Of a stretch of 64,000 nt of DNA, positions 62,302 through 64,000 are shown in pieces. Source of the stretch: Cyanobacteria bacterium P01_D01_bin.156 (GTDB lineage Bacteria; Cyanobacteriota; Cyanobacteriia; Phormidesmidales; Phormidesmidaceae); NCBI GenBank assembly GCA_039024555.1, contig JBCCQQ010000005.1, positions 32,001 to 96,000 on the forward strand. The letters are read 5' to 3'. The translations under genes and the position numbers were made by a program. The notes beneath the pieces were generated by a model. The model was not told the DNA's origin. It was given only the letters and a program-made list of their open reading frames with translations, and ran no database searches. Position 1 is the first letter of the stretch, and every line of letters begins with the position of its first letter.

Positions 62302-63801
62302 ATGGAAAATACAGCTTTTTCCTGGGGAATTATCGTATTTCTCCTAGGAACGTTAGGCATTGGTGTGTGGGCATCTAAACAAATCAAAGGCGATAGCGTC
62401 AATTTTTTAGTCGCCGGCAGAGGCCTCGCTCTACCTCTTGCTGCAGCTACATTAATGGCCCAGTCAGTTGATTCAAACGCCACCTTGGGTAACACTGACC
62501 TATCGTCAGAGTTCGGCTTTTGGGCAGGGGCCGCTTTACCCATCGGGTTATCGCTATGTTTACTGTTGACCGGACTGTTCATAGCAAAACCCATGAACCG
62601 CATGGGGTTAATTACTATTCCCGATTTTTATCGTGTGAAATATGGACGTACGGTTGAGTTAATTGCGGCCTGCATTATGACCGTCAGTTTCTCATTCTTA
62701 CTAGCTGGCAACCTGGTGGCTGGTGGCTATATGTTCGAGAACTTTCTGGGCCTAAGCTATCTCGGTGGCATCACCTTACTCGCTGTTTTAGTATTTGCCT
62801 ACACCGTCTCCGGCGGTCTGTTTGCTGTTGCCTACACTGATTTTATTCAGGTCTTTATTGCCTTGTTGGGCTCTTGGGGATTGTTAATCTATGTGCTGGC
62901 AAATTTTGGCTTAAACATTGAGCCCGGAATGGGACCTTTGGCATTTGACCAGCTCACCGCCGTTAGTTCAGGGGCTGCCATTAACTGGGCCAGTATCATC
63001 GCCCTTGGGTTTGGCAATATGGTAGCCATTGACTTTATGGCTCGAATTTTTGCGGCGGATAGTCCACAAACTGCCCAAAGAGCGTGCTTATTTGCATCTG
63101 CTGGCACATTAATTATCGGTATTCCATTTTCGATTATCGCTCTGGGTTCAAACAGTATTTTTAGCCAATTGGGGATTACGGCGGATGGTCCCGTGCTGTT
63201 TTCTCTCCTAGAAAATGTGATTCCCCCCTTCCTCGGTTTGTTAGTGTTGGCGGCCATCCTATCAGCCTCACTATCTACGGCAGATGGTGCCATCCTGGGG
63301 ACCTCATCGGTTTTGGCTCACAATGTTTTCGGTATTCGGCATGCCAATGCCCATGGCGCAGGTGGCGACAAGCTACTGTTGATCACCCGTTTGATGGCTA
63401 TTGTAATTACGCTGCTTGGTCTCTTCTTAGGGTTGCGGGTACCCCAAACAGGGGTATTGTTACTGCTAGCTTTTGATATGAGCTTTGCAGGCTTGGTGGT
63501 ACCTCTGATTGGTGGTTTATTTTGGGAAAAGTCAACAGCACAGGGTGCGCTGGCCTGTATTCTGGCAGGGTCCATCACTCGGTTTGTATTCTTTGCCCTA
63601 ATGCCAACAATGTTTGGCGTTGACAATACGCTGCTGTATATACCCAATGGCATTTTTACCATTGATTTTGATGGCTTTCCCACCCTCATTTGTCCATTAA
63701 TCGGACTGATCGCGTTTATTGTTATCTCCAAGATTACCTATCGCGAAAAGAGAGGCGACCAGGAACAAGCTAGGGTGATGGCTAAAGTTCGAGGGCTGTA
63801 G
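62302..63801 (+). CDS. Sodium:solute symporter (SSS/SLC5 family) under guanidine riboswitch control
   Basis: FLVAGRGL, TIPDFYRVKYG, YTVSGGLFAVAYTDFIQ, AAILSASLST; about 13 TM helices; AGGAG SD fits ATG 62302. Confidence 0.92.
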   Translation: MENTAFSWGIIVFLLGTLGIGVWASKQIKGDSVNFLVAGRGLALPLAAATLMAQSVDSNATLGNTDLSSEFGFWAGAALPIGLSLCLLLTGLFIAKPMNRMGLITIPDFYRVKYGRTVELIAACIMTVSFSFLLAGNLVAGGYMFENFLGLSYLGGITLLAVLVFAYTVSGGLFAVAYTDFIQVFIALLGSWGLLIYVLANFGLNIEPGMGPLAFDQLTAVSSGAAINWASIIALGFGNMVAIDFMARIFAADSPQTAQRACLFASAGTLIIGIPFSIIALGSNSIFSQLGITADGPVLFSLLENVIPPFLGLLVLAAILSASLSTADGAILGTSSVLAHNVFGIRHANAHGAGGDKLLLITRLMAIVITLLGLFLGLRVPQTGVLLLLAFDMSFAGLVVPLIGGLFWEKSTAQGALACILAGSITRFVFFALMPTMFGVDNTLLYIPNGIFTIDFDGFPTLICPLIGLIAFIVISKITYREKRGDQEQARVMAKVRGL

Positions 63802-63879
63802 ATAGATTGCCAGCTGTGTGGTAATTTGAACGCGATAGTCAACGTAAATGGCTAGAAAGCCTTAGATGGCAAGTTAAGC

Positions 63880-63919
63880 ACACAGTAAGCCGCTGAACAT
63901 GTTCAGCGGCTTACTGTGT
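63880..63919. repeat. Perfect 40-bp palindrome downstream of the symporter (terminator or cruciform)
   Basis: ACACAGTAAGCCGCTGAACA/TGTTCAGCGGCTTACTGTGT. Confidence 0.85.
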
Positions 63920-64000
63920 ATCTGGATAAAATCTCGGTATAGGAAAGCACATTGAGCCAACTTAGATATCAGACATTACAGAACCTGCTGATATTTTCTG

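Noticed and set aside
1..64000. Recurrent GCGATCGC octamer as a novel repeat
   Set aside because: This is the well-known cyanobacterial HIP1 sequence

Overview
A 64-kb chromosomal window from a cyanobacterium. Evidence: about 20 HIP1 GCGATCGC sites counted by eye, cikA, a CYP38-type cyclophilin, and accB-efp and carA-STAS-miniRNaseIII-rlmB synteny. It may be a filamentous Leptolyngbya-like strain, which is a weak inference. Most of the window is housekeeping or metabolic genes (gcvT, queG, pip, glgX, accB, efp, thiL, carA, rlmB, msrB, cikA, mnmA, nnr, cysE). The standout is a two-locus guanidine system. (1) An NtcA box and a guanidine-I (ykkC-yxkD) riboswitch precede a guanidine hydrolase gdmH, HypA/HypB-type Ni chaperones and an ABC importer (6.2-11.7 kb). 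(2) A second guanidine-I riboswitch 56 kb away, also with an upstream GTA-N8-TAC box, controls a stand-alone sodium:solute symporter, a candidate non-ABC guanidine (or guanidino-compound) importer. Other notable items: an intact STAS anti-anti-sigma gene with no ATG/GTG/TTG start (perfect SD followed by ATC), a Tat-exported catalytically dead caspase homologue, a GtrB + DedA/TVP38 + GT-C glycosylation module lacking GtrA, a TPR-dispanin fusion, a possible Sm-fold protein, a decayed TIGR03032 pseudogene, a small foreign-looking HD-domain islet and several long perfect palindromes. No rRNA, tRNA, CRISPR array or transposase was recognised. All calls come from reading the sequence and ORF track; no searches were run.
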